From contig NC_069001.1 of NCBI RefSeq assembly GCF_001194135.2, forward strand, positions 35,158,929 to 35,205,577: a DNA stretch of 46,649 nucleotides. Direction: 5' to 3'. How positions within the stretch are numbered: the first letter of the stretch is position 1; each line of letters starts with the position of its first letter. A program made the translations under genes and the position numbers. Positions 12,950-22,910 of this stretch are shown here, piece after piece. The DNA comes from Octopus bimaculoides. Lineage: Eukaryota. The notes under the pieces are model-generated. The model worked only from the letters and a program-made list of their open reading frames with translations, made no database searches and was not told the DNA's origin.

Positions 12950-13860
12950 TCCAACTAAGATACAACACCGACTATTTTGAGGGAGGGGATTAATCAGTAC
13001 CATCACCCTCTGTTTCATTTCATAACCCCAGTACATCATTGGTACTTTATTTTTTTTATCAACCCCAGTACTTGACTGGTACACTATGTTATCAACCACA
13101 TATATGACCGGTTCTCTGTTTTATGCCTCCAATACTTGACTGGTATCTTATGTTATGGCCCCCCACCACCGTACTTGACTATTAAATTTTATCAGCCTGA
13201 GTACTTTACTGGTACTCTATGTTATCAATAACATATAAGACCGGTTCTCTGTTTTATCACCCCCTGTACTTGACTGGTATTTTATCATCCCTTGTACTTG
13301 ACTGTACTCAATTTTATCAACCCAAGTACTTCACTGGTACTCTATGTTGTCAATAACATATGTGACTGGTACTCTATTTTATCTCCCCAGTACTTGACTG
13401 CTGCTCTGTTTATCACTCCCAGCACTTAACTGGTACTCTATTCCATCACCCCCAGCACTGGATTAGTACTCTATGTTATCAGCCACATATATGATTGGTA
13501 CTCTGTTTTATGCCCCTAGTACTTGAATAATATTTTATTTTATTTCCCCCCACCCCCGTACTTGACTATTAAATTTTATCAGCCTGAGTACTTCTACTGG
13601 TACTCTATGTTATCAATAACATATGTGACCGGTACTCTGTTTCATCTCCCTAGTACTTAACTGGTACTTTATTCCATCACTCCCTGCACTTGAATGGTAC
13701 TCTATTTTATCAACCCCAGTACTTGACTGCTACTTTATTTTATTAATCCCCCAAAAAGACAAAAGACAAAGTCAACTCATGCTGTATTTGAACTCGGATC
13801 ATAAATATCCAAATCAAATAGCCCCGAGGCATATTTTTTCCCCCGACACTCTAACAAAAT
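12950..13860 (-). mobile_element. SINE family A with internally expanded minisatellite
   Basis: Family A tail remnant at 12950-13010 and head remnant at 13745-13860 (aaagacaaagtcaactc..tttgaactcgg) bracket the array. Confidence 0.7.
13020..13745. repeat. Minisatellite of cccagtacttgactggtactctattttatc-like units with a higher-order repeat of about 388 bp
   Basis: About 20 related units; the block ccgtacttgactattaaattttatcagcctgagtactt occurs near 13170 and 13557. Confidence 0.92.
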
Positions 13861-14291
13861 TCAACCAATCCAAGAACCAAAACAAAACCATTTTCCTTCC
13901 TTCCAGAGGTTTATTTCTACTTCAAATCAATTTTCGTAAACAGGAAAAATACAAAACAGACATTATTATGGTTTTTTTTTAGGTTCTTTTTTTCTTTTTG
14001 GCTCATCTGATCATGTTTTTCTCTGTCAAATGTGTGACTATCTAAGGAAGGAGACAGGCATTCAAGTCAATGCCATCGGTTAGAGTTGTCTTGTTGCACT
14101 TGGTGTTTTATTTTAATTCGTTTCCTTTTCTTTTCCTTTTTTTTCTTTTTTTCTGTTTGTTAACTTCGAAATCTGCCAATTCCTTCGTGGAACAATTCGT
14201 TTCCTGTTTCTATCATGGAAATTATTTGCCAGCGTGTGAAGGGATTCTTAGATTGTTCTTGTGTTAACAACTGAGAATTCAGAGAACATAG

Positions 14292-14293
14292 TG

Positions 14294-14338
<45 letters not shown>

Positions 14339-14520
14339 TTAATAATAATAAAATTATCATCATCATCGCCACCACCACCACCACAATAATCATCATCATC
14401 ATCATCACCATCATCATCTTCATCATGGTACTGGTAACAACAAAAACCTTAGCATCATCGATAACAATAATGTTAATAATGACAACTATAATAATAGCAA
14501 TCATAAAAATAACAAAACAA
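14292..14520. repeat. (AAT)n/(CAT)n microsatellite
   Basis: Direct reading. Confidence 0.9.
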
Positions 14521-14534
14521 CAGGATTAATAGCG

Positions 14535-14761
14535 ATAACGAGGCTGGTTTCAAATTTTGGCACAAGGCCAGCAATTTTGGGAGCAGGGGGTAAGCTGATT
14601 ACATTGACCCTGATGCTCGACTGTTACTTATTTTATTGTCCCTAGAAGGGTGAAAGGCCAAGTCAACCTGAGTCAAGAATTTGAGCCCAGAATGTAAAGA
14701 TGAACAAAATGCTGCTAATCATTTTGTCTGGTTTGCTAACAACTCTGCCGGCCCCACCGTT
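14535..14761 (-). mobile_element. SINE family A, near full length, diverged
   Basis: tttcaaattttggcacaaggccagcaattttggg..gaaaggccaagtcaacc..gaatttgagcccagaatg..ctgccggcc. Confidence 0.85.
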
Positions 14762-14834
14762 GAATTGCTACTAATAGTAATAATAATAATAATAATGGTA
14801 ATGATAAAAAATATAACAACAACAATAACAATAA

Positions 14835-15045
14835 TCCTTTCTACAAATGGTACAAGGCTTGAAATTTGCAGACTAGCCAATTACATCAACCCCAGTGGTT
14901 TACTGGTACTTAATTTATCAACTTCAGAAGGACCAGCAATTTTGGGTGAAAGACACTTGCTCAAGGTGCTGTGCAGTGGGACTGAACCTGGAACCATGTG
15001 GTTGAGAAGCAAGCTTCTAACGACACAGCTGCATCTGCTCCTATC
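14835..15045 (-). mobile_element. Family A tail fragment joined to a family B head
   Basis: acaaggcttgaaattt..cagtggtttactggtacttaatttatc followed by gacacttgctcaaggtgctgtgcagtgggactgaacctggaaccatgtggttgagaagcaagc. Confidence 0.8.
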
Positions 15046-15639
15046 TGGATTTACTGTATCTGATCTATCATTTCTGTTTCTGAAAGCTGGCTGGGTGTAG
15101 TGAAAAGGATTTGACTGATGTTTCTAGCAAGGCAGGCAACTATATAGAGGTCCCCTTACTGCTTTGTGTGTGTGTGTTTGTGTGTGAGTGTGTGTGAGTG
15201 ACAGAAAGAGAGGGAGAGCATATGAGAGGCAGTATGAATGTATGAGACAAATAGAGACACGGTGTATATGTGATGGAATTTGTCCGAGAAGGTGTGTGTG
15301 TATGTTTGTGCCTATATATCTGTGTTCATGTGCGCAAGTGAAAGAAAGAGAGAGAGAGAGGCAGTGTATGTGTGTACATGTGGGAGAAGGTCCCATGCGT
15401 TCAAGTGATTGGTTTTCTAGACTCAATATGATAAATTTTCAGATTCCAAAAGATTCCTAAAGAAAAGGTAAAGGAAAGGGGATAAGAAAAGGGAGAAAAA
15501 CAAGAGCAAAAGGAAAAGAACCAAAAGACTCCAAAGCACTTGGAAGGAATGTAATTTGAAACCGAAATTCCCTGTTTGGTTGATGTTGATTGTAAAGTCT
15601 GAGAGTTAATACTTTCTGTACCTGGGGGCTATCTTCGTC

Positions 15640-15671
15640 AGAGAGAATGAGAGAGAAGATGGTTGTGTGTC

Positions 15672-15705
<34 letters not shown>

Positions 15706-16190
15706 CGAGAGAGGGAAAAGGAGGGAGAGAGAGAGAAAAGGAGGGAGAGAGGGAGAGGGAGAGAGAGAGAGAGAGAGGCAGGTAACTGTGAGTGTGTGTG
15801 AAAGAGAGAGAGAGAGACAGACAGACTGACAGACAGATGGAGATGTAGGTAGGTAGGGAGATAGATAGATAGATAGACATATAGATAGATAGATAGATAG
15901 ATATTCATGTAGGTTTGTGTGTGTGTATGTGTGTGAGAGAGAGAGATAAAGTGAGATAGAAAATTATGTACATCAGAGAGATGAAGAGTAACTCTTTGTG
16001 TGTATATGTGGGTGGGGTAGAGTTATAAAAGAGTTAATAAAACAGAAACTGAAGAGTGTGTGTGTGTGTTGTGTGTGTATGTGTATGTGGCAGTGAGAGA
16101 GAGAGAGAGAGAAAGAGAGAGGAAACAGATTATCTTTTTCTATATATTAATGGTTGAGTCATAAAAGGAAAAAGAGAGAGAGAGAGAGAG
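15640..16190. repeat. (GA)n, (GATA)n and (GT)n microsatellites
   Basis: Direct reading. Confidence 0.9.
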
Positions 16191-16419
16191 AGCAAAAGCC
16201 ATAACAATTTGCAAGGCCTCCAAGGCTGGTGAAGGCGCAGTGGTTGAGGTTACCTTCATATCAGAGAACTGCTGGCTCGAATGATTGAACAGAGTGGACA
16301 CGTGGTGACCAGAGGGAGACCACGACCAGTGAAGTGTGAAACAACTCTAATTTCCCTGCCAGTTTGAGACAAAAAAAAAAGCATTTTGCTAATTAATGAT
16401 TCACCCCTGTGTGAGTATG

Positions 16420-16462
<43 letters not shown>

Positions 16463-16677
16463 TATATATGTGTGTGTATGTGTATCATGATACACACACG
16501 CATGCAGGACATACGTGCAAATCAAGGTGGAAAGAATCGTACTTGAGTACCAAAGGTAGAGCAAGGTACTATTTTATTGAAGCTGAAAGAAAAAAAATTC
16601 ATAAACTGTTATTCAGAGTTTCACATAAGTGTTCATCAGACAATTGTGGGTATTTAGAATTATTCTGNNNNNNNNNN

Positions 16678-16734
<57 letters not shown>

Positions 16735-16969
16735 GATAGTTAGATAGATAGATAGGCGGGTAGATTTTGTGTTAATGTAAGTGAGAGAAAGGAGAGAGAG
16801 AAAGTTATTAAGGTAAACAGAAAGAAAGTCAGAGCAAAAGAGACTGCAGTGACAGGGCGTCTGGCCAGTCTGCAGCAGTGGTATCTTTCTTCCGAGTTGC
16901 CAAGTCGATAAGAGATTAGTCACTGGTGTCGATTGCATGTAGGAGAGGAACCTTCATTGGATTGGAATA

Positions 16970-17075
16970 TTAAGGACGATGGGGGATGATGGGACTTTGG
17001 AGAGGATGTGATATTGCGGATGTTGAAGATGTTACGGATGCCAAGAGGTGGGGAACAGACATAAGTGAAGGGAAA
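16970..17075 (-). CDS. Candidate terminal coding exon (FPSLMSVPHLLASVTSSTSAISHPLQSPIIPHRP-stop), product unknown
   Basis: Acceptor cattctcattcatcatcag; phase 2 entry matches the phase 2 donor at 18118; stop at 16972-16970. Confidence 0.3.
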
Positions 17076-17199
17076 CTGATGATGAATGAGAATGTGATGA
17101 TGGCTGTTTGTATCAACATTACTAACACCTCCTCTTGCAAAGCAATCCTTCCACATGTATATAAACACACACACACACACACACACACACATTTGTATA

Positions 17200-17255
17200 T
17201 ATCATCATCATTATCAGTTAACGTCCATCTTCCATGCTGGCATGGGTTGGACTAT
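17200..17255 (-). mobile_element. SINE family C, 3' tail fragment
   Basis: catcatcattatcagttaacgtccatcttccatgctggcatgggttggac is the reverse complement of the tail at 32410-32460. Confidence 0.8.
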
Positions 17256-17260
17256 ACATA

Positions 17261-17313
<53 letters not shown>

Positions 17314-17386
17314 TGTCCGTGTAGGGGTTCCCACAGGAGCACTGAGTGCAGTGTCAATTCTGAATGATGGTGAGCATGTCATTATT

Positions 17387-17682
17387 TACATTATTTACAT
17401 TTGATGGATATTTGTCCTCATATGGCCTAGTGGTTAAGAGCGCGGGCTGCTAACCCCAAGTGCGATTCCAGGCAGTGGCCTAAATAATAATAATGATAAT
17501 AATCACATTGAAAAATACCTCAGGAATGAGAACCCAGGTTCGAAATTTCTCCAAGACACCTGATGAAGGCTGGAGGGTATATCAGCCGAAACATTGTGTT
17601 AACAACAAACGAGATGAGGACAAATATCCGTTAAATGTTAATAATGTATATATATTCCTCATCTCTTAAATATAGAACTGTA
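17387..17682 (+). mobile_element. Family E: tRNA-Ser-like head, (AAT)n spacer, hammerhead-bearing tail, 5' inverted duplication
   Basis: tggcctagtggttaagagcgcgggctgctaacccc (A box and tRNA-Ser(GCT)-like D/anticodon arms) at 17423-17457; homologous copy at 23968-24210; 35-bp inverted repeat 17387-17421 vs 17614-17648. Confidence 0.85.
17555..17600 (+). ncRNA. Minimal type I hammerhead ribozyme motif, probably decayed in stem III
   Basis: GACAC-CTGATGA-A-GGCTG(gagggtatat)CAGCC-GAA-ACAT-T-GTGTT; stem I GACAC/GTGTT, stem II GGCTG/CAGCC, intact CUGAUGA and GAAA core. Confidence 0.75.
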
Positions 17683-17796
17683 TATTTAATTTATTATAAA
17701 TGCAAACCAACACCACAGAGGAACTGACCTAAGTTTAAATAATAAACTGCAACAGGTGAACCGTAATATGGTGAGGGATTACTGTATATGTATAGA

Positions 17797-17952
17797 GCAG
17801 GCTTCTTTCAGTTTCCATCTACCAACTCCACTCACAACACTTCAGTGGGCCTGGGGCTATAACAGTAGAAACTTTGCCAAAGTACGACACATTGGGACTG
17901 AACCCAGAACCATGTGGTTGAGAAGCAAACTTCTTACCACACAGCCACACCC
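17797..17952 (-). mobile_element. SINE family B, 5' head
   Basis: gcttctttcagtttccatctacc..ctcacaa..gggactgaacccagaaccatgtggttgagaagcaaacttcttaccacacagccacacc. Confidence 0.85.
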
Positions 17953-18117
17953 AAACACACACATACCTGGATTGTTGGCCATTTCAACTAGAATTTCCTC
18001 CTCCTCTTCGTATGGCTCCCTACCCCTGCCCTCACACCTTGGTATCATCATTTCCTGGTATCTGCCTCTGTACTCCACGCCTGAGTGAGTGCATATTGCT
18101 CGTTGAGGTTTACTCAC

Positions 18118-18214
18118 TCTGGAGTGTTAATATCTAAATCTGTCGTTTTATGCATGTTGCTGGAGGAGGTCGGTTGAAGAGGGGAATAGGGATGTGTGTC
18201 ATGTCTGTGTGTAC
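18118..18214 (-). CDS. Candidate internal exon, 97 nt (GTHRHDTHPYSPLQPTSSSNMHKTTDLDINTP), product unknown
   Basis: Branch-like cactgac, then a pyrimidine-rich AG-free stretch ending ccccaag; donor CCAGA|gtgagt; open frame phase 1 to 2, compatible with 17075-16970. Confidence 0.35.
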
Positions 18215-18269
18215 CTTGGGGTGTGGGGGAGATGTGGTTTGGGTGGGGGGAGAGTAGAAACAGTGACTA

Positions 18270-19035
18270 GTCAGTGGTGGTGATGGTTGTGGTGGCAGTG
18301 GTGGTGGTGGTGGTGGCAGATGTGCTGCTGGCTGCAAACGTGGTGGTGTGGGTGAAGTAGTAGTTGTGATGGTTGTGGTGGTGGTGTTGGTGGTTGTGGT
18401 GGTGGTGCAGTTGCAGATATTAGAATGGTAGGAGCAATGCTGGTGTCCGTGGAAGCAATAATTGTGATGATAATTGTGGTGGTGCCAGTGTTGGGGCGGA
18501 ATTGGTAGTGGTGGTGGTGATAATGGCCATGACCATGATGGTGATGACGATAACGATGGTGGTGGTGGTGGTGGTGGTGGTGGTGGTGGTGATTATGGTG
18601 GCAGTGATGATCATCGTAGTAATAATAATGACGATGATGACGATGATGATAAAGGTGATGATTTTGGTGATGCTGCTGCTGATGATGGTGGTGGTGGCAG
18701 TGGTGCATTTGATGATATTGATGTCATTGTGGTTGTAGTGATGTTCCGGGAAGCAGTAGCTGTTGTTTGTGTTACTGGGTGGTAGTGAGGGTGAAATCTT
18801 AATTGGGGTGTCGTTGTTGTTGTTGTTGGTGGTGGTGGTCACAGTAGTGGTGATGGCAATGGTGGAGGTGGAAGTAGTAGTAGTGATGGTAATGGTGGAG
18901 GTGGAAGTAGTAGTAGTGATGGTGGTGGTGGTGGTACCGATGGTAGTAGTGGCAGTAGTGGTGGTGGTACAGGTGGCAGCGGTGTTTGTACTGGTGGTGG
19001 CTCTGATGGTGTTGTTGTTGTTGGTGGTGGTGGTA
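18270..19035. repeat. Mosaic trinucleotide low-complexity region (GGT, GAT, GTT, AGT)
   Basis: Direct reading; includes a short tandem duplication gatgg(c/t)aatggtggaggtggaagtagtagtagt at 18852-18920. Confidence 0.85.
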
Positions 19036-19639
19036 GCAAGTAGAAATATGGCGGAAGGAAGATGTGGTGTTTGGAATGGGATGGGATGCTGCAGAGGCAA
19101 GGGAGAAGTGGTCCACTGAATGACTGGCTGGCTGGCTGGCTGGCTGGTTGGCTGGTTGATGAATGTCTGAGGGAGTCTGGTAGGGTTGTGAGTCTTGATG
19201 TAGGCAGGTAGGGTAAACAGGAGATCAAATAAGAAGAGGGAGAAGGTGAAGGAGGCAGGGTGTAAGAAACAAATTAAAGACTGATGGTTTGTGTGGGGGG
19301 GTTGGTACGGCTACGTTGTTGTTGTTGTTGTTGTGGTGGTGCTGGTGTGATGGAATGGGACAGGAAAGTCATGCAAATATGGTAAGGGTAAAGAATTACA
19401 TTGGATAGGGTAAAAAGGGAGAGGGACTGGAAAATATTGCAAATATTGTAAAATGTATATCTTCTGGGTTGCAACAGCGTCTTCACTTCCATTGCCACCA
19501 CCACCACCACCGCCATCTCTATCATCTCCACTGCCACCATCATCAGCCACCCCTAAAACCGCCTCCACCATGTCTTTAATATGTATGCATGCATGTACAT
19601 ATACATATATATATGTGTATACATATATGTATATATAAA

Positions 19640-20170
19640 GAGAGAGAGACTGACAGATAGATAGATTGATAGGTAGATAGGTAGGTAGACAGATAGATAG
19701 ATAGATAGATCTCACTCTCACTCTTTCTCACTCTCTCTCTCTCTCTCACTCCTTTTCTGTCTTCTTTCTTCTCTCTTTCTCATCATCTTACTCTCCTCTT
19801 TATCTCTCTCACTTCATCTCTCCCCTTTTTCTTCTTTCTCTCTCACTTCATCTCTCCCCTTTTTCTTCTTTCTCTCTTGCTTTCTTTCTCTCCCTCCCTC
19901 TCTCTTACTTTATCCCTACTTCTCTCTTTATCTTTCTGTCTTCTTCCTCCTCTCTCTTTTCTCTCTCACTCTCTTCCTCTTCCTCTCTCCTTCTCACTTT
20001 ATCTCTGTCTCTCTTCTTCTCTCTTCTCTCTTTTTCCTATCATCATCTCCTCTTTGTCTCTCTCACTTTATCTCTATCTCTCTCCATTTTCTTTTCTCTT
20101 CCTCTCTCTCTCTCTCTCTCACCTGCACACACACACACACAAATGCACACACAGGCACACACATACGCAC
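19640..20170. repeat. (GA), (GATA), (CT) and (CA) microsatellites
   Basis: Direct reading. Confidence 0.9.
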
Positions 20171-20439
20171 ATACAGTTACTGAAACCACTTCTGCCCACC
20201 AGCCAGCCAGCCGTCAACCCTGTAATTCATGGAAGCATTAATCCAATTTATACATTTCACTTCAAACTTTGACTGAATTCTGTTTGATAAACTCTCTGTC
20301 TGTGTGTCAATGTGTCCAGCCAGTGAGTTGACATGTTGTCTCTTACTGAATCAGTGCAGCTTTTGAACCTGGCTTTCATCTACTCACGGTGAAAGTTGGG
20401 TGGTGGGGTTGTTGTTGTTGTTTGGGTGATGAGCATTCA

Positions 20440-20555
20440 AGGTTTGGCAGAAGTGTTAAGAGTGTCAGACAAAATGCTTTGCGCTCTTTATTGCAGCTCC
20501 TTTGGCAGTCTGAGTTCAAATCTTGCCAAAGCCATCTTCACATTAATATCATCAT
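20440..20555 (+). mobile_element. Family A-like SINE head, diverged
   Basis: ttggcagaagtgttaagagtgtcagacaaaatgctt..tctgagttcaaatcttgcc with B-box-like gagttcaaatc. Confidence 0.6.
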
Positions 20556-20559
20556 AATT

Positions 20560-21125
20560 TTCTTGTTTGTAATTTATTATCATGACAAATATCTACATTT
20601 TTGATCTGCTATCATAACCACCATTATAAATATAATCATAATTTTGTTTGTTCTTTATTATCATAATTTTGTTTGTTCTTTATTATCATAACCTACATCA
20701 CAGTTATCCTCATTTATGATCTGTCATAAACTTCATCACAAATATCATCATAACCAATTGTTCTCATGTATGATCTGTCATAAGCATCATCACAGATATT
20801 GTAACTTCATTTGCTATTTATTATTGTAACCAACAACACAGCTGTCCTCATCTATGATGTGTCAAAAACATCATCATAAATATTGTCATAACTTCATTTG
20901 TTTTTTTATCATAACCAACATCATAACTGTCCTGGTTTATGATCTGCCATCAATGTTATCATAGATATCATAACTGTTATTTTTTATCATAACCAACATC
21001 ACTACTACTGTCAGTTATGATTTGTCATAAACATCATCATAAATATTATTAATAACATTATCTGTTATTATTGTAACCGATATCATAACCATCCACAATT
21101 ATGATTTATCCTCATCATAAACATC
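20560..21125. repeat. Degenerate minisatellite, unit about 60-85 bp (tatcataaccaacatcacagctgtcctcatttatgatctgtcataaacatcatc...)
   Basis: tatgat(c/g/t)tgtcataa core repeated about six times; exact 25-bp tandem tcataattttgtttgttctttatta near 20637-20686. Confidence 0.8.
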
Positions 21126-22055
21126 ATTCACTATGTAATGCTAGCTATCCTTATATTTGGATCTTTCTCAGCTCTCTCTCTCTCTCTCTTTCTCTCACGT
21201 GTACACACTCACACGTGCACAAATACACACACACACACACAAACAACATCTGTTTCCTTTTGCGATATTTTCTATCCGTTCCGTTCCTGAACGATTTCAT
21301 AATCTTCAGCAGTTTATCATTACCCAATCTCCAAGACAAAAACCGGTTCCATTCTTTAATATCCTCCCATGTGTATTCCTCTCCAAAAGTTATTCTCCTC
21401 AAAGACATAAACACAAATAAACTTAGAGAAAATTCTTCCTTCGTTTATTTCTTGCATATATGTCCCATCTGAATGCCAGTTCCACCATTTATCAAAATCG
21501 GTAGCTTGAGACAAAGATTGAAAATGAGAATTCTACATAGATCAATTCTCTCAGCTTCCAAAACTCGACTGATTCCTTGTCAACAGAAAGCATTCTAAAA
21601 CATGATATTGTTTCAATGGATCTTGGGATTTCTTCAAAATAATGAAATTTTTATTCAATTTTTAATTTAATTTTATTTATATATTTTTTCTTGGTATTGT
21701 TTCCACAAATCCATTGTTTTTTTTTGTTTTTTTTTGTTATAATTATTTAGGTGATCTTTTTGATTATAAATTTTTGGGAATTTTTAAAGAATTTTGTCAA
21801 ATTTATTCAAAGGCAAGGATAATGTATCATTTTATTCTCCATTGGAACTACACCAATACAAGATAACTGCTCTAGCATGGCTTGTAGAGAGAGAAACAGC
21901 CATAAAGAACATCAGGACAGAAAATCCACCTCAACAAATTCCATCTCACTCATGTGCACCTTCACACACACACACAGACACACACACACACACGCACATT
22001 ATCATCATTATAATCATTATATATATGTATATGTATATGTATATATATGTGTGTA

Positions 22056-22260
22056 TACTCTTTTGCTTGTTTCAGTCATTTGGCTGCAGCCATGCTGGGG
22101 CACCACCTTTAGATGAGCAAATCTACCCCAGGACTTATTCTTTGTAACCCTAGTACTTATTCTATCAGTCTCTTTAGCAAAACTGCTAGGTTACAGGGAT
22201 GTAAACACACCAACATTGGTTGTCAAGTGATGGTGGGGGAACAAACACAAACACACAAAT

Positions 22261-22317
<57 letters not shown>

Positions 22318-22371
22318 TATATATATATACATATATACTCGATGGGCTTCTTTCAGTTTCTGCCTACCAAA
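22056..22371 (-). mobile_element. SINE family B, truncated by gap, with internal (CA)(TA) tract
   Basis: ttgtttcagtcatttggctgcagccatgctggggcacc..ccccaggacttattctttgtaa..ttgtcaagtgatggtgggggaacaaacac..gatgggcttctttcagtttc. Confidence 0.9.
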
Positions 22372-22639
22372 NNNNNNNNNNATATATATATATATATAAG
22401 CAGGTAGAGTCCTTTCCACTCCAAATACAATATAATTTTATCGACTGCTGACATGCAAGGGTTACAAAGGAAGCGACAAGAGATGCCGTCAATTAAAGAG
22501 ACTATTTCTCCACCTGTTGCCTCATTAAAGCGTCATATCTTGGTTACCTGTTAAGTTCCAACATCTTGACAGCCTTTCCCATTTGATCTGCATTTCAAGT
22601 GTCTCCATATTCTTCAGCAGATTTAATTTATGTATTTAT

Positions 22640-22910
22640 CTATTTATCATCATCATCACCATCATAATTATTGGTATAATCTTTATCATTATTATTAACT
22701 TTATTATTATTAAGAACATTATTATTATTATCATTATTAGTATTAGTTAGTATTAGTAGTAGTATCATCATCATCATTTATTATTATCTTTATTATTATC
22801 ATTATCATTATTTACTATTACCATTATTATTATTATCATTACAATTATTAATATTATCTTTATTATCATCGTCATCATCATCATCATCATCATCATCATT
22901 ATTATTATGA
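22640..22910. repeat. (ATT)/(ATC) microsatellite
   Basis: Direct reading. Confidence 0.9.

Noticed and set aside
13020-13745. CRISPR-like appearance of regularly spaced, partly palindromic repeats
   Set aside because: There are no unique spacers, the units are degenerate and SINE-derived, no cas genes are present, and the context is eukaryotic.
15443-15467. 25-nt AG..GT segments that could be micro-exons (also 38169-38193, and 7411-7439 / 7433-7475 on opposite strands)
   Set aside because: Such short signal pairs are expected by chance in AT-rich DNA, and they have no supporting peptide identity.
17423-17475. Intact tRNA-Ser gene
   Set aside because: The acceptor stem and variable arm are missing, the T arm is damaged, and it is embedded in a repeated element; it is a SINE head.
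17857-18117. Minus-strand ORF SKPQRAICTHSGVEYRGRYQEMMIPRCEGRGREPYEEEEEILVEMANNP with a gtatgt donor
   Set aside because: The acceptor is weak, the ORF runs into a SINE, and it conflicts with the better phase-matched model; noted only as an alternative.
21290-21480. MULE transposase-like words (WxxDGTY ... IH ... PVFVL ... TAEDY)
   Set aside because: The spacing from DGT to IH is much longer than I recall for MULE transposases and several stops intervene; kept only as an unassigned relic.
22440-22620. Open stretches on both strands (MQGLQRKRQEMPSIKETISPPVASLKRHILVTC; LLKNMETLEMQIKWERLSRCWNLT with a gtaacc donor)
   Set aside because: There is no credible acceptor and no recognisable motif.
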